DNA of 62,815 nucleotides, the filler included, from Ichthyosporea sp. XGB-2017a (Eukaryota), in the NCBI GenBank assembly GCA_002811675.1. It is 6 parts of one record of this genome, joined end to end, with 100 filler letters (N's around TTAATTAATTAA, not from the genome) between each part and the next. Parts side by side here need not be neighbours in the genome. Positions count along the whole stretch, not along the records: positions 21,719 to 38,250 come from PDIM01010317.1; positions 38,351 to 44,927 come from PDIM01010317.1; 4 more parts are not named here. One strand, 5' to 3'. The notes under the pieces were generated by a model, which saw only the letters and a program-made list of their open reading frames with translations, searched no databases and was not told where the DNA came from. Shown here in pieces: positions 30,536 to 42,010 of this stretch. How positions within the stretch are numbered: the first letter of the stretch is position 1; each line of letters begins with the position of its first letter. The translations under genes and the position numbers were made by a program.

Positions 30536-32017
30536 ATGACGGGTGCTGATGGACCTTTGGGAACCTATGAGGTGTATGTGAATCACCGGAAGAAGAACAA
30601 ACTGCAGTTCTTCGCGGGTGTACTGGTGCGGAATTGTGATCTTCTGCCGAGCAGCTGGCTGGGTGAGGGAGGAGGGGAGCCTCATGTGGGGGAAGGAGAA
30701 GGGATGGAGCTGGACGTGCTTGAGATTCCGCCCTCTCGGGTAGGGGATGCCTCTTGTGAGTGTGGATTTAGGATATTGAAGGTGGAGTTGTTGATTGCCT
30801 TGGCGTGTTTCTATGATTACCTCCTGCCCAATGTGTCACTGCGCACGATATTTGACATGCTGGTGAGCCGTACCAACGCGGAGACGAGAGAATCCTACTC
30901 GGTGTTGTTTCTTGGCAGCGGGGAAAGTGGTGGAGTGGTAAAGTCCAGGATGATTGATAACACTTCAGAGATGAAAGAGGTGCTATGTGGGGGACTTGAC
31001 TATGTGCTTGGTTTGGCTGATGGCAGGGACGAAGGATCTTGCGGGAAAGAGGAGGGGGAAGAAGAATTCACTGAAAAGTCGAGGGATTTATTTCCGAACT
31101 GTCTTTGCGATGAAACGGGGCTTTCTGCAAAGGCAAAAGGGAGCCAGGGTGATCAACAAGGCGAAGAGGAGCTGGAAGAGAGAGGGGAGGAGGATAAAGG
31201 CGAAAAGGAATCTAATTCTTCAGCGGAACCGAATATAGAAGCGGCTTTTAAAAAGTTTATGATGTATCGAAAAAGGTATATCATGTATTGGAATTACTGC
31301 AACTCCGAAACAAAGAAAAGCTCCGCTGGTAATGATCGCTGGAGCGATCTGATTGCAAGGCGTCTGGTGGGAAGTATGACTTTTGCATATCTCAAAGATA
31401 ATCTGTACAATAATTCAAGTGGTGGCTATTGCCAGGCCATTGCAAATGAAAGAGCTTTGTATGTCATGCTCTTGGGAGTTTACAAACCTTTCCGAAAGAG
31501 CGGCATTGCCCGTAAAATGGTATGCGATGTGTTGTTTGAGCGTGTGTTGGCAGACCAAGGGCTAATTGAGGGGAGGAATACTCCAAAACCAATAGATCCG
31601 TTGGATTTGCCACTCTGTGATAACAAGTCTGGGAAAGCAAGTGTTGTTTTGGTCCACGCCGATTACGGAGCTGTCGAGTTCTTTACGAAAATTGGCTTTA
31701 GAGACGATCCAGTGTTTGCAGGCGCGTACGAGTTTATCCTCGATTCGTGGGACAATAGCAGCTTGTTGGTGTACTTTACCGAGGAGAGGACTAGTGTCGA
31801 AAGTCGAAATCTCGAAGATGGGATGGCTCAGGTGCGTGAAGAGAAACTCAAGCTCTATATTCGGGAAGTGAGTATGATGGAGCATTTGGTTAAAAAGGTT
31901 GACATTTTGAGTAAGCAGCTGGGCGAGCGCAACAGGGAAGTGGCCGTGCTACACAAATTGCTCAAAGAAGAGGTGGCCAAACGGGAGCGCCTTGAAGAAA
32001 AGTTGAAGTTAAAATAA
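30536..32017 (+). CDS. GNAT-fold acetyltransferase-like protein with C-terminal coiled coil
   Basis: Motif A LYVMLLGVYKPFRKSGIARKMV; motif B LVHADYGAVEFFTKIGF. Confidence 0.8.
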   Translation: MTGADGPLGTYEVYVNHRKKNKLQFFAGVLVRNCDLLPSSWLGEGGGEPHVGEGEGMELDVLEIPPSRVGDASCECGFRILKVELLIALACFYDYLLPNVSLRTIFDMLVSRTNAETRESYSVLFLGSGESGGVVKSRMIDNTSEMKEVLCGGLDYVLGLADGRDEGSCGKEEGEEEFTEKSRDLFPNCLCDETGLSAKAKGSQGDQQGEEELEERGEEDKGEKESNSSAEPNIEAAFKKFMMYRKRYIMYWNYCNSETKKSSAGNDRWSDLIARRLVGSMTFAYLKDNLYNNSSGGYCQAIANERALYVMLLGVYKPFRKSGIARKMVCDVLFERVLADQGLIEGRNTPKPIDPLDLPLCDNKSGKASVVLVHADYGAVEFFTKIGFRDDPVFAGAYEFILDSWDNSSLLVYFTEERTSVESRNLEDGMAQVREEKLKLYIREVSMMEHLVKKVDILSKQLGERNREVAVLHKLLKEEVAKRERLEEKLKLK

Positions 32018-32106
32018 GTTCAAATTTCCTAAAGGCGTTAAAACGTTTATTATTTATTTAATGCACGTATACGCACGGGAATATGTACCCTGTGACAATC
32101 TATTTC

Positions 32107-34684
32107 TCAGCTCAGTTTTCCTAAGCGCATGTAGTCAAGGCAAAAGTCGGCTCTCATCTGTAGACAGCGAATGCGATAAATTAGATAGAAAGACATGACA
32201 ATAAACCAAACTTTCACTGGGGATAGCAAAACTGTAACCCATCCATATGTGTGGTACAGCTCGATGCAAGTAAACATTTGATATGCAAGAAAAAACATCA
32301 TGGTAATATCAGCAGCGCCTACTTTCAGGGCTTTCTTTTGCACTCTCTTTGTGGCCATGTTCATTTCGCTACCAGATGTATCAATAGATCCTCGACGCTT
32401 CTGATTCGGTGACGAAGAGGGAAGGAGTGCTGCTGATGAAGTAATGCCACTTGGAATATATACACATTTGGCAAGAAGATACAGAATCAGAGGTAGATAA
32501 ACAAAAAGCAAGTACATTAACCCATAAAAATACGTAAGGGACAATGACAAAACTTGACCATCAATATAGCCGCCAAATATAAATAAAAGCCCAGTTGACG
32601 TCTGGCTATGAAGTGAGCCAATAAACCATGGACCACACGCCAAGTAGAGTCCATACCCCACAAGTGGATAGTAAATCTCACCCAATTCACTCAATACAAC
32701 ACATTGAAGCAGAAGCCTGTCAATGCGCTTCAACCATTCACGCCGGCCCATGTAGCTACTTCCGAATTTTCGCACCATGATGTTTACAAAAGTGGGTGAA
32801 TATTTTGTTTTCCCCGTTTTGTTTTTACAACCCTCCTTCACTTTTGAAGTTTCACGAATTCCGACACTGCGATAGAACAGTTCCACCTTCCACTGCCCGT
32901 ACACTCCCTTCTCCATTTTCCACATACCCACTGCTTTTGGAAATATCAACAGTCCACCCACAATGGTTATATACAAACAAATAAATGCTATTTTGCCTAC
33001 TACTGTCAAATCGCACCTGAGAACAATGCGGGGAAGAATATTCCACGAGTGTGCCAATGTTCCGTCAACTGAAAAGGGCTGCTCAAAGAACCACTTTGCC
33101 TTTCTTCCAGACTCATTGTTTTCTAGCATGAGTTCGGCTTTGATCTTATGAAGTCCCGGGCTTAATTTACTTGGCTCCCATCTAATTAATTCAATGTTAA
33201 AAACGGTTTCAACACAAACGCACCATTAGGATAACTTTCTTTTCAATTCAAAACTTTTAAAAGAGACATAAACTTACCCCAATGTAAATAGTTTTCCCGC
33301 AAAATCATCGTCTCTAGTGCCATTCTGCCAAAAGGTCGATGCAGTTCCAATGAAATCCCCATCTATAAACACTTTCAAATGCTTTACACTGTGGCAATAT
33401 TTATCCTTTCCCCCTTCAATAACTTCCCCCAACGCAAGGTTGCTATTTGGTAAAAATACCAAAATACGAATATGCGATGAGGTTGCCACAAGCTCGTACG
33501 GTTCCTTCTTGGGCATTGCATACAATCCATTTTTGGGGTTCGAAATTACAACAACGGGTCTCGCCTTTTCGCATTCTCTATTCTCGGCACTATCAACACC
33601 GCGCGAAGATGGGAACTTCAAGTCCACAAACGATACAAGTCCATTGTCTATGACTACAATGCGGTATTTACGATGGTCCTTCCAATCGCCAACCTCGAGT
33701 TCCAACATGCCACCGCGGTGCCGCATGTGCATCTTTGGGACCAGCCCAAATAATGTATGTAAATGGCCACAAAAGTACATACTAGCGTGTCGATCCAGCA
33801 GCTGCTGAACGGACATTCCCGAATGAACAGCGGTTTGCGAAGTCAACACACTCAGCGGGTAATGGCCCATTACAAAGGTATGTTTGACTCTATTGTCTTT
33901 GGAAGACTGTGAAAGCGAGTCTTCAAGTTGGTCCATGACATCGTTGGAGACGTGCCCAAAGAAATTGAATGGGCGACGAGTGCCAGGCACAGGACTTGCA
34001 TCAAAGCCAATGATTTTGTAAAAGAAATCTTTATGCTTCCAACGACGTCGGTATACAAAGTCAAAGTAAAGGGACTTCTTCACACTATACTTTCGAAAAA
34101 GATTGACATTCGGATCTTCAAATGAGGGAACATCAAATGAGTCCTTTGTACAAAATGAAAAATGCAACGATAGACATAAGTACTTGAATCACGGGTCCAA
34201 GCGAGACTAAAAAGGCAAGAAGCATACTTACATGATTTCCACGGACATCAAACCAAAAATTCTCTCGATCAAGAATCCCATTTTCCTTTAAAATGTTGTG
34301 GTAAGTTTCCCATTCTTCAGTGTACTGCTGGGAGGAAATGTGATCAGCACCCTTTGCGTCCGTAACATCCCCTGTGACGAGCACGAACTCAGGAGAAATG
34401 CCGTTCTGGAGGAAATTTCCAGTAAATTCTCGGAAATCCGCAGTGCGATCATCAGCTCGAAACTTGCTTAGGTGAATGTCAGATATGTGCACAAACCAAA
34501 ACAGATTTCCTGCTTTCTCTCCCAAGTCTGTTGTCAAAAATTCTCCTGCCCTTTTCTCCACCGCAGGGTTGCTTGAAGCATCAAAAATTGCATCAGTTAG
34601 TTCAATCACTACTGAGTAAAACAAAATGACACTCAAAGTTATCAGCCCCGCAGGGACCAAGATAAAAAACACTGCGCGAAACAT
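32107..34684 (-). CDS. TMEM62: TMEM62-like membrane metallophosphoesterase; exons 34232-34684, 33278-34143, 32107-33181
   Basis: WFVHISDIHLS, VTGDVTD, RGNH|D (joined across intron 1), GHYP, CGHLHTL, ELEVGDWK..R.YRI; C-terminal TM helices with GPWFIG. Confidence 0.9.
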
Positions 34685-34805
34685 TGCTTATTCCCCTTAA
34701 ACAAAACAACTCGCTCATCCAAAAAAGAAACGGTCAAAATCAACCAAGCAAATACATCCCCCAGTCTTTCTCTGCCTCTTTTCAAGCACGAAGCCTAAGT
34801 CACTT

Positions 34806-34914
34806 CTTCCCCTCCTTGTCTCACTAATCCTTCCTTCCCCTCCCTGTTTCACTAATCCTTCCTTCCCCTCCTTGTCTCACTAATCCTTCCTTCCCCTCCC
34901 TGTTTCACTAATCC
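34806..34914. repeat. 28-bp tandem repeat x4, variants alternating A-B-A-B
   Basis: CACTAATCC recurs at 34822, 34850, 34878 and 34906; units alternate CCTTGTCTC / CCCTGTTTC. Confidence 0.95.
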
Positions 34915-35499
34915 TCCTCTTCTTCTTTCCACACAGTCTCTCTCGTTTTCTCCTCCTCCTCCCCTAATCCCTTCCCTCTGTCACCTGCTCTACCCAGCTG
35001 TGCAAGGGACACTAGAACTATATATTTTAACTTTTTATTTTGACCTTCCTTTTATTTGCAAAGAAGTACCTTTTCTTATTTTCTCTTCTTCTAATTAAAA
35101 AACAAATAGCACCGACAAATGGTAATGGTACATAATCTATAATTCCTTCCCCTCTCTACCCTTCCACCACACACTCGCAAAATGTTTGCTACAACAACTG
35201 TCCCTTCTGTGCAGCAAAGGGCCAAGACTATACAAAGTGACCGATATAATCAAGAAACTCCTGTGTCATGCGTTTACATAAATACATGATGTGATGCGGA
35301 ATAAAAGCAGCCAGATAAATAAAACATAGGGTAGAAATATGGCAACATAACAACAAAAAACAGTTTCCTTTTTCCAAGAGGTAAGGAGTAATGGTAGAAA
35401 AAATGTGAGTGCTGACTATCCCATCAGTCTCGAGAGTTGAGAGGCCTATAAACGTAAAAGCCTACGCCGTCCTAAGGGACACCACACAACAAAGCATCC

Positions 35500-37890
35500 T
35501 CATTCGGCTTTGCTTTCCCCTGACCTGTCCTTTTCCCCCTCATTAGGCACTTTTGACTCGGGGCTTCTTTCATTTCTTTCGCCTGAATCTTTTGCAGACC
35601 GTTCATTACGATTATCTTGACCATCATTGTTCCCTCTGTCATTTGGGTGATTCTGCTTTCTTCGCTTCCAATTACGTCCACCTCGCCCACGATCGGAATT
35701 TCCCCCCCTATCTTCACTTTGATCACGATTACGGTCACCATCGCGATTATCCCGGTTGTCATCAGACCCAGGGCTCACACTTCTCTTATTTCCATTTGGT
35801 CGCCCATCACGTCCACTGTCACGACTCCTCTCCAGCAACTCCCTCGCATCTCCATCACCTCTTCCTCCACGTCCATCTCGCCCGCGCTGGCGGTTTCTAC
35901 CACCTCTTCTATCTCCATCTCTCCCACGGCGATCACCGCCTCTTCCCCTTCTATCTCCACCTCTTCCCCGATTCCTATTACTTCCACCGCCCATTTCGTC
36001 TCTCTTGGCTTTATGTTCTTCTTCAATATCTTCCAATTTCGCATCAGGATTATTTTCCAAATACTCTGTTTTGGCCCCCTCACAATCATCAAGAAGATGA
36101 CACAACTTTTCTCCAACCTCGTAATTAAGTTCAGTTCCATTGGGAACTTGCGAAACTGGAATGCCACTTTCTGTTTCGTTTGTTTTCAAGTGGTCGGAAA
36201 AGATACCAATTAATTCGTCTTGCTTAACCCACTGAACGCGGAAGTTGAACCCTTTCCATCCATTAAGCCATCGGTCAGCTTTTTCGCAAGTGACTTTGGA
36301 CCGCATCAATGCATAGCCCATCAAAGTATTTGAGCGGTTCACAAATATAAGAACAACCTGGCCCCCTTCATCCACAGCCTTATCCAAAGTATCCTCAACG
36401 GCAAGCTCAGTAGCCCACACTTTGTTGCGCCGCGACATATGCAAATCTCCAATCATATCAGAGTACATAACAAAGTATTTGACTTTACTACGCTCTTCCT
36501 CGGTTCCCTCACCAACCTTAAAGTCAATGTCTCGTATTTCAGGCAATTTCGAGTAAAAGCAAGACTGCACTATCCCTGACTTGTAACTGTCTACCCAATA
36601 CTCGCCAATTCTACACCTGGTCCCTTCCTCATTATTCTCGGTGTGATACCAATTCGACCACAGACTTCCTTTCTTAAAGTCGCCCCGGTCTCTGCCATCA
36701 TTTCTTCTATCGGCTTTTCTATCATCCCCTCTGTCAAAGCGACGTTCATCTCTTGAAAAGCTTCCACGTCTATCATCCTTGTAGTCGCCTCTTCGGTTTT
36801 CATTTCTGTCGTCTCTCCAGTTTCCTCTTCTATCTCTATCATCTCTTCTGTCCCTGTCGTCTCTTCTATCTCTGTCGTCTCTTCTGTCCCTGTCGTCTCT
36901 CCTGTTGTTTCCGTCCCATCTGTCCCTATCATTCCTTCTATCGTCACGTCTGTCATCTCTTCTATCGTCACGTCTGTCATCTCTTCTATCGTCACGTCTG
37001 TCATCCCTTCTGTCGTCACGTCTGTCATCCCTTCTGTCGTCACGTCTATCATCCCTTCTGTCGTCACGTCTATCATCCCTTCTGTCGTCACGTCTATCAT
37101 CCCTTCTGTCGTCACGTCTATCATCCCTTCTGTCGTCACGTCTATCATCCCTCCTTTCTGCAACCCGTCTATCATCTCGCCTGTCATCAGGCCTTTCACC
37201 CTTTCGACTATCACCTCTTCGGTCATCAGGTCTTCGATCATCAACTCTTCTATCATCACGACGATCGTTTCTTCTATCGTCACGCCTATCACCTCCTCCA
37301 TTTCTTCGATCATTGCGACGATAATTATCTCTCCTATCATTTCTTCTATCATCCCGTCTATCATTTCTCCTGTCTTCCCTCCTCTCACCACGTTCAGAAG
37401 AAGCATTCTCATTTTTTCTGCCATCATTGTTATTGCCCCTCTTTCTAGAATCGACATCCCCGGGGGAAGCGCTGCGTCTTCTCTTCATAGGCGATTTTCC
37501 ATCAGAACGGTTTCCTTTTTCTTCTTTTCCATATCCATTATTTTGGTTTTCAGCTCGCCCTGAATCTTTTTCCCCGTCACTTGTACGATTGCCTTGCTTG
37601 GGAAGTGCCGCAGAATCAGAATTGGCAGCACCCTTTTCTTCAGGCATGTCATTCCGTGCTTTAACGGGAGAATTTCCTTTTCTCACCGCCTTCTTTCGAG
37701 GGCTTCCTTTCGTTTTTCTTCCCTCCTCTTCAACAGCATTACCATTAGCTCCAGAATCCTTCCCTTCTCCTTTCATTCCCCGGGAGCGAGTCCGTCTCTT
37801 TCCTTTCTCCTCCACCTCCGCAAACATATCCTCCCCTCCGCCATCCCCCATAATATTCTCCAAGAGGTTAAACTCCCCCTCTTGTTCCAT
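35500..37890 (-). CDS. YTH-domain protein (YTHDC-like) flanked by Arg/Asp- and RG-rich low-complexity regions
   Basis: KYFVM...SRRNKVWAT...VVLIFVNRSNTLMGYALMRS...W..FNFRVQWVK...GTEL..EVGEKLCHLLD follows the YTH pattern. First ATG at 37890. Confidence 0.85.
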   Translation of the reverse strand: MEQEGEFNLLENIMGDGGGEDMFAEVEEKGKRRTRSRGMKGEGKDSGANGNAVEEEGRKTKGSPRKKAVRKGNSPVKARNDMPEEKGAANSDSAALPKQGNRTSDGEKDSGRAENQNNGYGKEEKGNRSDGKSPMKRRRSASPGDVDSRKRGNNNDGRKNENASSERGERREDRRNDRRDDRRNDRRDNYRRNDRRNGGGDRRDDRRNDRRDDRRVDDRRPDDRRGDSRKGERPDDRRDDRRVAERRDDRRDDRRDDRRDDRRDDRRDDRRDDRRDDRRDDRRDDRRDDRRDDRRDDRRDDRRDDRRDDRRDDRRDDRRNDRDRWDGNNRRDDRDRRDDRDRRDDRDRRDDRDRRGNWRDDRNENRRGDYKDDRRGSFSRDERRFDRGDDRKADRRNDGRDRGDFKKGSLWSNWYHTENNEEGTRCRIGEYWVDSYKSGIVQSCFYSKLPEIRDIDFKVGEGTEEERSKVKYFVMYSDMIGDLHMSRRNKVWATELAVEDTLDKAVDEGGQVVLIFVNRSNTLMGYALMRSKVTCEKADRWLNGWKGFNFRVQWVKQDELIGIFSDHLKTNETESGIPVSQVPNGTELNYEVGEKLCHLLDDCEGAKTEYLENNPDAKLEDIEEEHKAKRDEMGGGSNRNRGRGGDRRGRGGDRRGRDGDRRGGRNRQRGRDGRGGRGDGDARELLERSRDSGRDGRPNGNKRSVSPGSDDNRDNRDGDRNRDQSEDRGGNSDRGRGGRNWKRRKQNHPNDRGNNDGQDNRNERSAKDSGERNERSPESKVPNEGEKDRSGESKAE
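36932..37150 (-). repeat. Coding tandem repeat, 24-nt unit encoding (RRDD)n
   Basis: GATGA(T/C)AGACGTGACGA(C/T)AGAAG(G/A) repeated about 9 times. Confidence 0.95.
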
Positions 37891-38380
37891 AGTGCCCTTC
37901 AACAAACTATCACAAAAGACACCCTCACGAACAACACAAAGAATAGCTCACACAGTGCACCAGAAATGAATCGAAAACCAAACCAATACTCTGTCTACCA
38001 ACACAAAAACAAAAAGGAGCAAAAAAAGGATAAAGAAACTATGTTAACTTTTTTCTTTTTTTTCTTTCTCTAATCCTCAAGTTCTCCCACTCTTCCTCTT
38101 CCAAACCCGATTTCTTCTTCCCTCTTTGTAGATCAACAGACAGTGAAACAACAAAAAAAACACAAAAAACTGAATCCTCCTCCTCTTTTTTTCTTTCTCC
38201 TTTTCTTTTTTTTTTCTATTAAACCCAAAAAAAAAAAAACAAAGAAAAAANNNNNNNNNNNNNNNNNNNNNNNNNNNNNNNNNNNNNNNNNNNNTTAATT
38301 AATTAANNNNNNNNNNNNNNNNNNNNNNNNNNNNNNNNNNNNNNNNNNNNAAAAAAAAAAAAAAAAAAAGTTTAAAAATC

Positions 38381-41300
38381 ATGATTGGGTCGTGGAAGCA
38401 TTCCGTGAAGAGATTTGGCCTGGAGTGTTCCTTCCGGCTGCAGACGTACACGCTGGAGCACGCTGTGGAGCTTGTGAACTTCAAGGAGCACGTGGCGCTT
38501 GCACGGTACAATGTATGGAGGTGGATCCACCGCATGTCGCTGAATGCGGAGGAGAGGAAGAAGGGGGAGGGAGCCAAGGAGTGCTTGGCGGGGTCAATGG
38601 GGGACGAGGAGGAGGGGGAGAGATCCTGTGTGCTGGAGGCGTGTGAGTTATTGGAGGTTGATCCTGATGTGGGGTTGAGGGAGGAGGAGGCTGCGTTTCG
38701 GTTACGGTTGGTTGGACCCAATGCCATCCTTGCGCCAAGCGCTGCCCATACAAGTGTGATGTTTAGTCAATTGTAAGTGTGTCTGTGTGTGGGTGATGTT
38801 ATGATGATGTCCTCTTTGCCTTGCTCTAAACTGTGCATTTGTGTGTTTTGCTGTTGTATTGGCTTGATTGGTTTGTAGATTTCTTCATCCTGTTCAAATG
38901 GGGCTGTGGATTGTAGCGTTGGTTCTTTTATCTATTTTTGATTTTGTATCGCTGCTTCTTATCGCGTTGATTATTGTCATCAACGCGGCTTCGGGATTGT
39001 ACGAATTCAAATACTGCCTTGACTCGGCCCTTTCAATGATCAACCATTTTGTGCCTTATGCGCGGGTGCTTCGGAATCGGTACTGGTCCTCGATCCTGTC
39101 GTCTGAACTCACGCCTGGAGATATTGTTTCAATCGGAAAAGGGGATCAGATTCCAGCAGATGTCATCTTTACACGAACGACACCCGACTTTTTATTGGAT
39201 GAATCGTTTGTAAACGGCGATCCAGCTTTGGTGCCGCGCCAGGCGGGTGGTGTGGGGCGGCTTGGGTGTGTGTGCTGGGGTGGATATGGTGAAGCAGTGG
39301 TGGTTTCCACAGGATGGGATTCTCAGATGGGCGCGTGTGCAGCATTGAAGACGGGCAGTAGCTCGGAGAGTCTGGGGGTGCATAGCTCTGTGCTTCGGGT
39401 GCTGCTATACGCGTGTTACTTTGTGTTGATTCCTCTGTTCATCGTGCAGTTAATTGTAACTTTAAATCAGGTGGACATGGATGATATCGACAGTGACCAG
39501 TACACGTATGCCATTGAGGGGAGTTTGGCAATGGCTATCAGCGGTATTCCAATGTGGATTCATGTTATTTTTTCAGTGGTTGTTTTTGTTGGGGCTGTTT
39601 CTGTTATGAAAAAGGATGCTATTCTGATGCATATGCGAATACTAGAAACAATGGCCCGCATGGATATACTCTTGGTGGACAATAATGCATCGCTATTGAG
39701 AAAAAAATATAGGGTACTTCGTGGGCGGATATATCCTTTGCAAAGATCGACAAAATACAGCGTCCTCATCGATGCTCTTATGTCGTGCAAGCAAAAGAAA
39801 AGAAGTGTTTTTGAGGACGCAATTGTATCCTGTTTGAAAGAAGATTATGTCTGGAAGAGTCACAAACTCCTTTTTCATATCGTCAGAGATGGTGTGAATA
39901 TTGCAAAGATAAAGGACGTGCACAATGAGCAAGTGTTCCGGGTTGCTATGGGGGAAGTTGATGCTGTTCTCCGCATAGTTCGACTTTCGCCAAAGGAGTC
40001 GGTTGCAATCCAAAACAAACTCGTTCAGTTTGATGAGATGGGGTATCGCGTCGTTGCAGTTGCAAATGCAAAAAACGGGTCTGATCCACTGGATAAACTA
40101 AAGTGGGAATTGACTGGCCTTATCCCATTTGTCGATCCCGTCCGACCGGAAAGTAGTGACCACATTCAACGCATACGTGAGCTGGGGATTGATGTTAAGG
40201 TTATTTTTAATGACAAAATGGGCACCGCTAAGGAAATGTCAAGGCAAATGACCATCGATGCCAATATTGTTGACCTGGGCAAAGCATTGGAGATTGAATC
40301 GTTGAATGGGCATGATAATGACTGTAAAAGCTGCTTTCAGAATTTCGAACTGTGCGAGGAAATTGAGGATGCAGACGGACTGGCCAATATCAAGCCCGGT
40401 CAGAAGTTTGAAGTAGTGAACATGCTTCAATCTCGAGGACACACCGTGGGATTAACAGGCTGTGAATTAGAAGATGTGCCAGCGTTGAAAGCGTCAAGTG
40501 TGGGTATTGCATCGCACGACTCCTCGGATGGCGTTCGCGCTTCATCGGATTTGAATGTACTCAAACCTGGGCTTCCCAGCCTCTACCAAGCCATTTGCAT
40601 AAGTCGACAAGTTTTAAGAAGAATGAAATCATACTCTTTGTATGCGCTTGCAGTTGCGACAAGAAATGTGCTGTTTCTGTTCTTTGCGGCAGTATTATAC
40701 TATTGGTATTTTCCCTCTTTTTTGATCATTATCATGTACATAATTAATGAAATGCCATTTGTGGTGATTGCCGCGGATAATGTAAACTCTTCCAGAACCC
40801 CGAAGCTGTGGCGCGTAAAAACTCTGCTGTGGACATCGGCTTTGATTGGGATTCTACTTTTTGTAAGTGCTTTCGGATTTTTCTACCTTGTCTCACAAAC
40901 TCACCAGTTTAGTGATCGCTTCGGGCTCGACGATTATGAAATTTCAAAGAGCGCTTGCATTGTTTCTTATCCCGACTGCAAAGACTTTCTANNNNNNNNN
41001 NNNNNNNNNNNNNNNNNNNNNNNNNNNNNNNNNNNNNNNNNNNNNNNNNNNNNNNNNNNNNNNNNNNNNNNNNNNNNNNNNNNNNNNNNNNNNNNNNNNN
41101 NNNNNNNNNNNNNNNNNNNNNNNNNNNNNNNNNNNNNNNNNNNNNNNNNNNNNNNNNNNNNNNNNNNNNNNNNNNNNNNNNNNNNNNNNNNNNNNNNNNN
41201 NNNNNNNNNNNNNNNNNNNNNNNNNNNNNNNNNNNNNNNNNNNNNNNNNNNNNNNNNNNNNNNNNNNNNNNNNNNNNNNNNNNNNNNNNNNNNNNNNNNN

Positions 41301-41870
41301 NNNNNNNNNNNNNNNNNNNNNNNNNNNNNNNNNNNNNNNNNNNNNNNNNNNNNNNNNNNNNNNNNNNNNNNNNNNNNNNNNNNNNNNNNNNNNNNNNNNN
41401 NNNNNNNNNNNNNNNNNNNNNNNNNNNNNNNNNNNNNNNNNNNNNNNNNNNNNNNNNNNNNNNNNNNNNNNNNNNNNNNNNNNNNNNNNNNNNNNNNNNN
41501 NNNNNNNNNNNNNNNNNNNNNNNNNNNNNNNNNNNNNNNNNNNNNNNNNNNNNNNNNNNNNNNNNNNNNNNNNNNNNNNNNNNNNNNNNNNNNNNNNNNN
41601 NNNNNNNNNNNNNNNNNNNNNNNNNNNNNNNNNNNNNNNNNNNNNNNNNNNNNNNNNNNNNNNNNNNNNNNNNNNNNNNNNNNNNNNNNNNNNNNNNNNN
41701 NNNNNNNNNNNNNCTCCTACCTTGTAAAAATGTATTTTAACCGAACCCGAAGAGTAGTGTATGGTGAAGTTGGTGAAAATTATTCTCCAGGAGTAAGCAA
41801 TAGTGAAAGCATCAGTGTGCGAGAAGGCTCAGATGTACCAGCATCTCACAAAAAAGATAGTGTAACATAA
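38381..41870 (+). CDS. Degenerate P3A (plasma-membrane H+-ATPase-like) P-type ATPase; exons 38381-38772 and 38879 onward, gap 40992-41713
   Basis: GLREEEAAFRLRLVGPNAI, ELTPGDIVSIGKGDQIPAD, GLIPFVDPVRPES, ADGLANIKPGQKFEVVNMLQSRGHTVGLTG, ISRQVLRRMKSYSLY all align to H+-ATPases, but the catalytic motifs are altered. The link to the post-gap tail is uncertain. Confidence 0.88.
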
Positions 41871-42010
41871 AAAAATCAAATAAACTAGCTTGGACAAAGT
41901 GTTCCATTGTAGAACGCTAAAGAGCTTCACCATTGTATTCTTCAGTTGTTAAGTTGTAAATGTGTTTATTGACATTTTCAAATTCCTCTTCCTTTTGGAT
42001 CGGAATCTTT

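Noticed and set aside
34806..34914. CRISPR-like 28-bp repeats
   Set aside because: Units are contiguous with no spacers, there are no cas genes, and the DNA is eukaryotic.
35224..35330. AAGACTATAC resembling the U3 snoRNA 5' end
   Set aside because: Only 10 nt match, with no box A, B or D.
36591..37457. Alternative-frame and antisense ORFs over the RD repeat (SSRLSSLL, CRHVYHPF, TTEGMIDV)
   Set aside because: By-products of a stop-free 24-nt repeat in the YTH gene.
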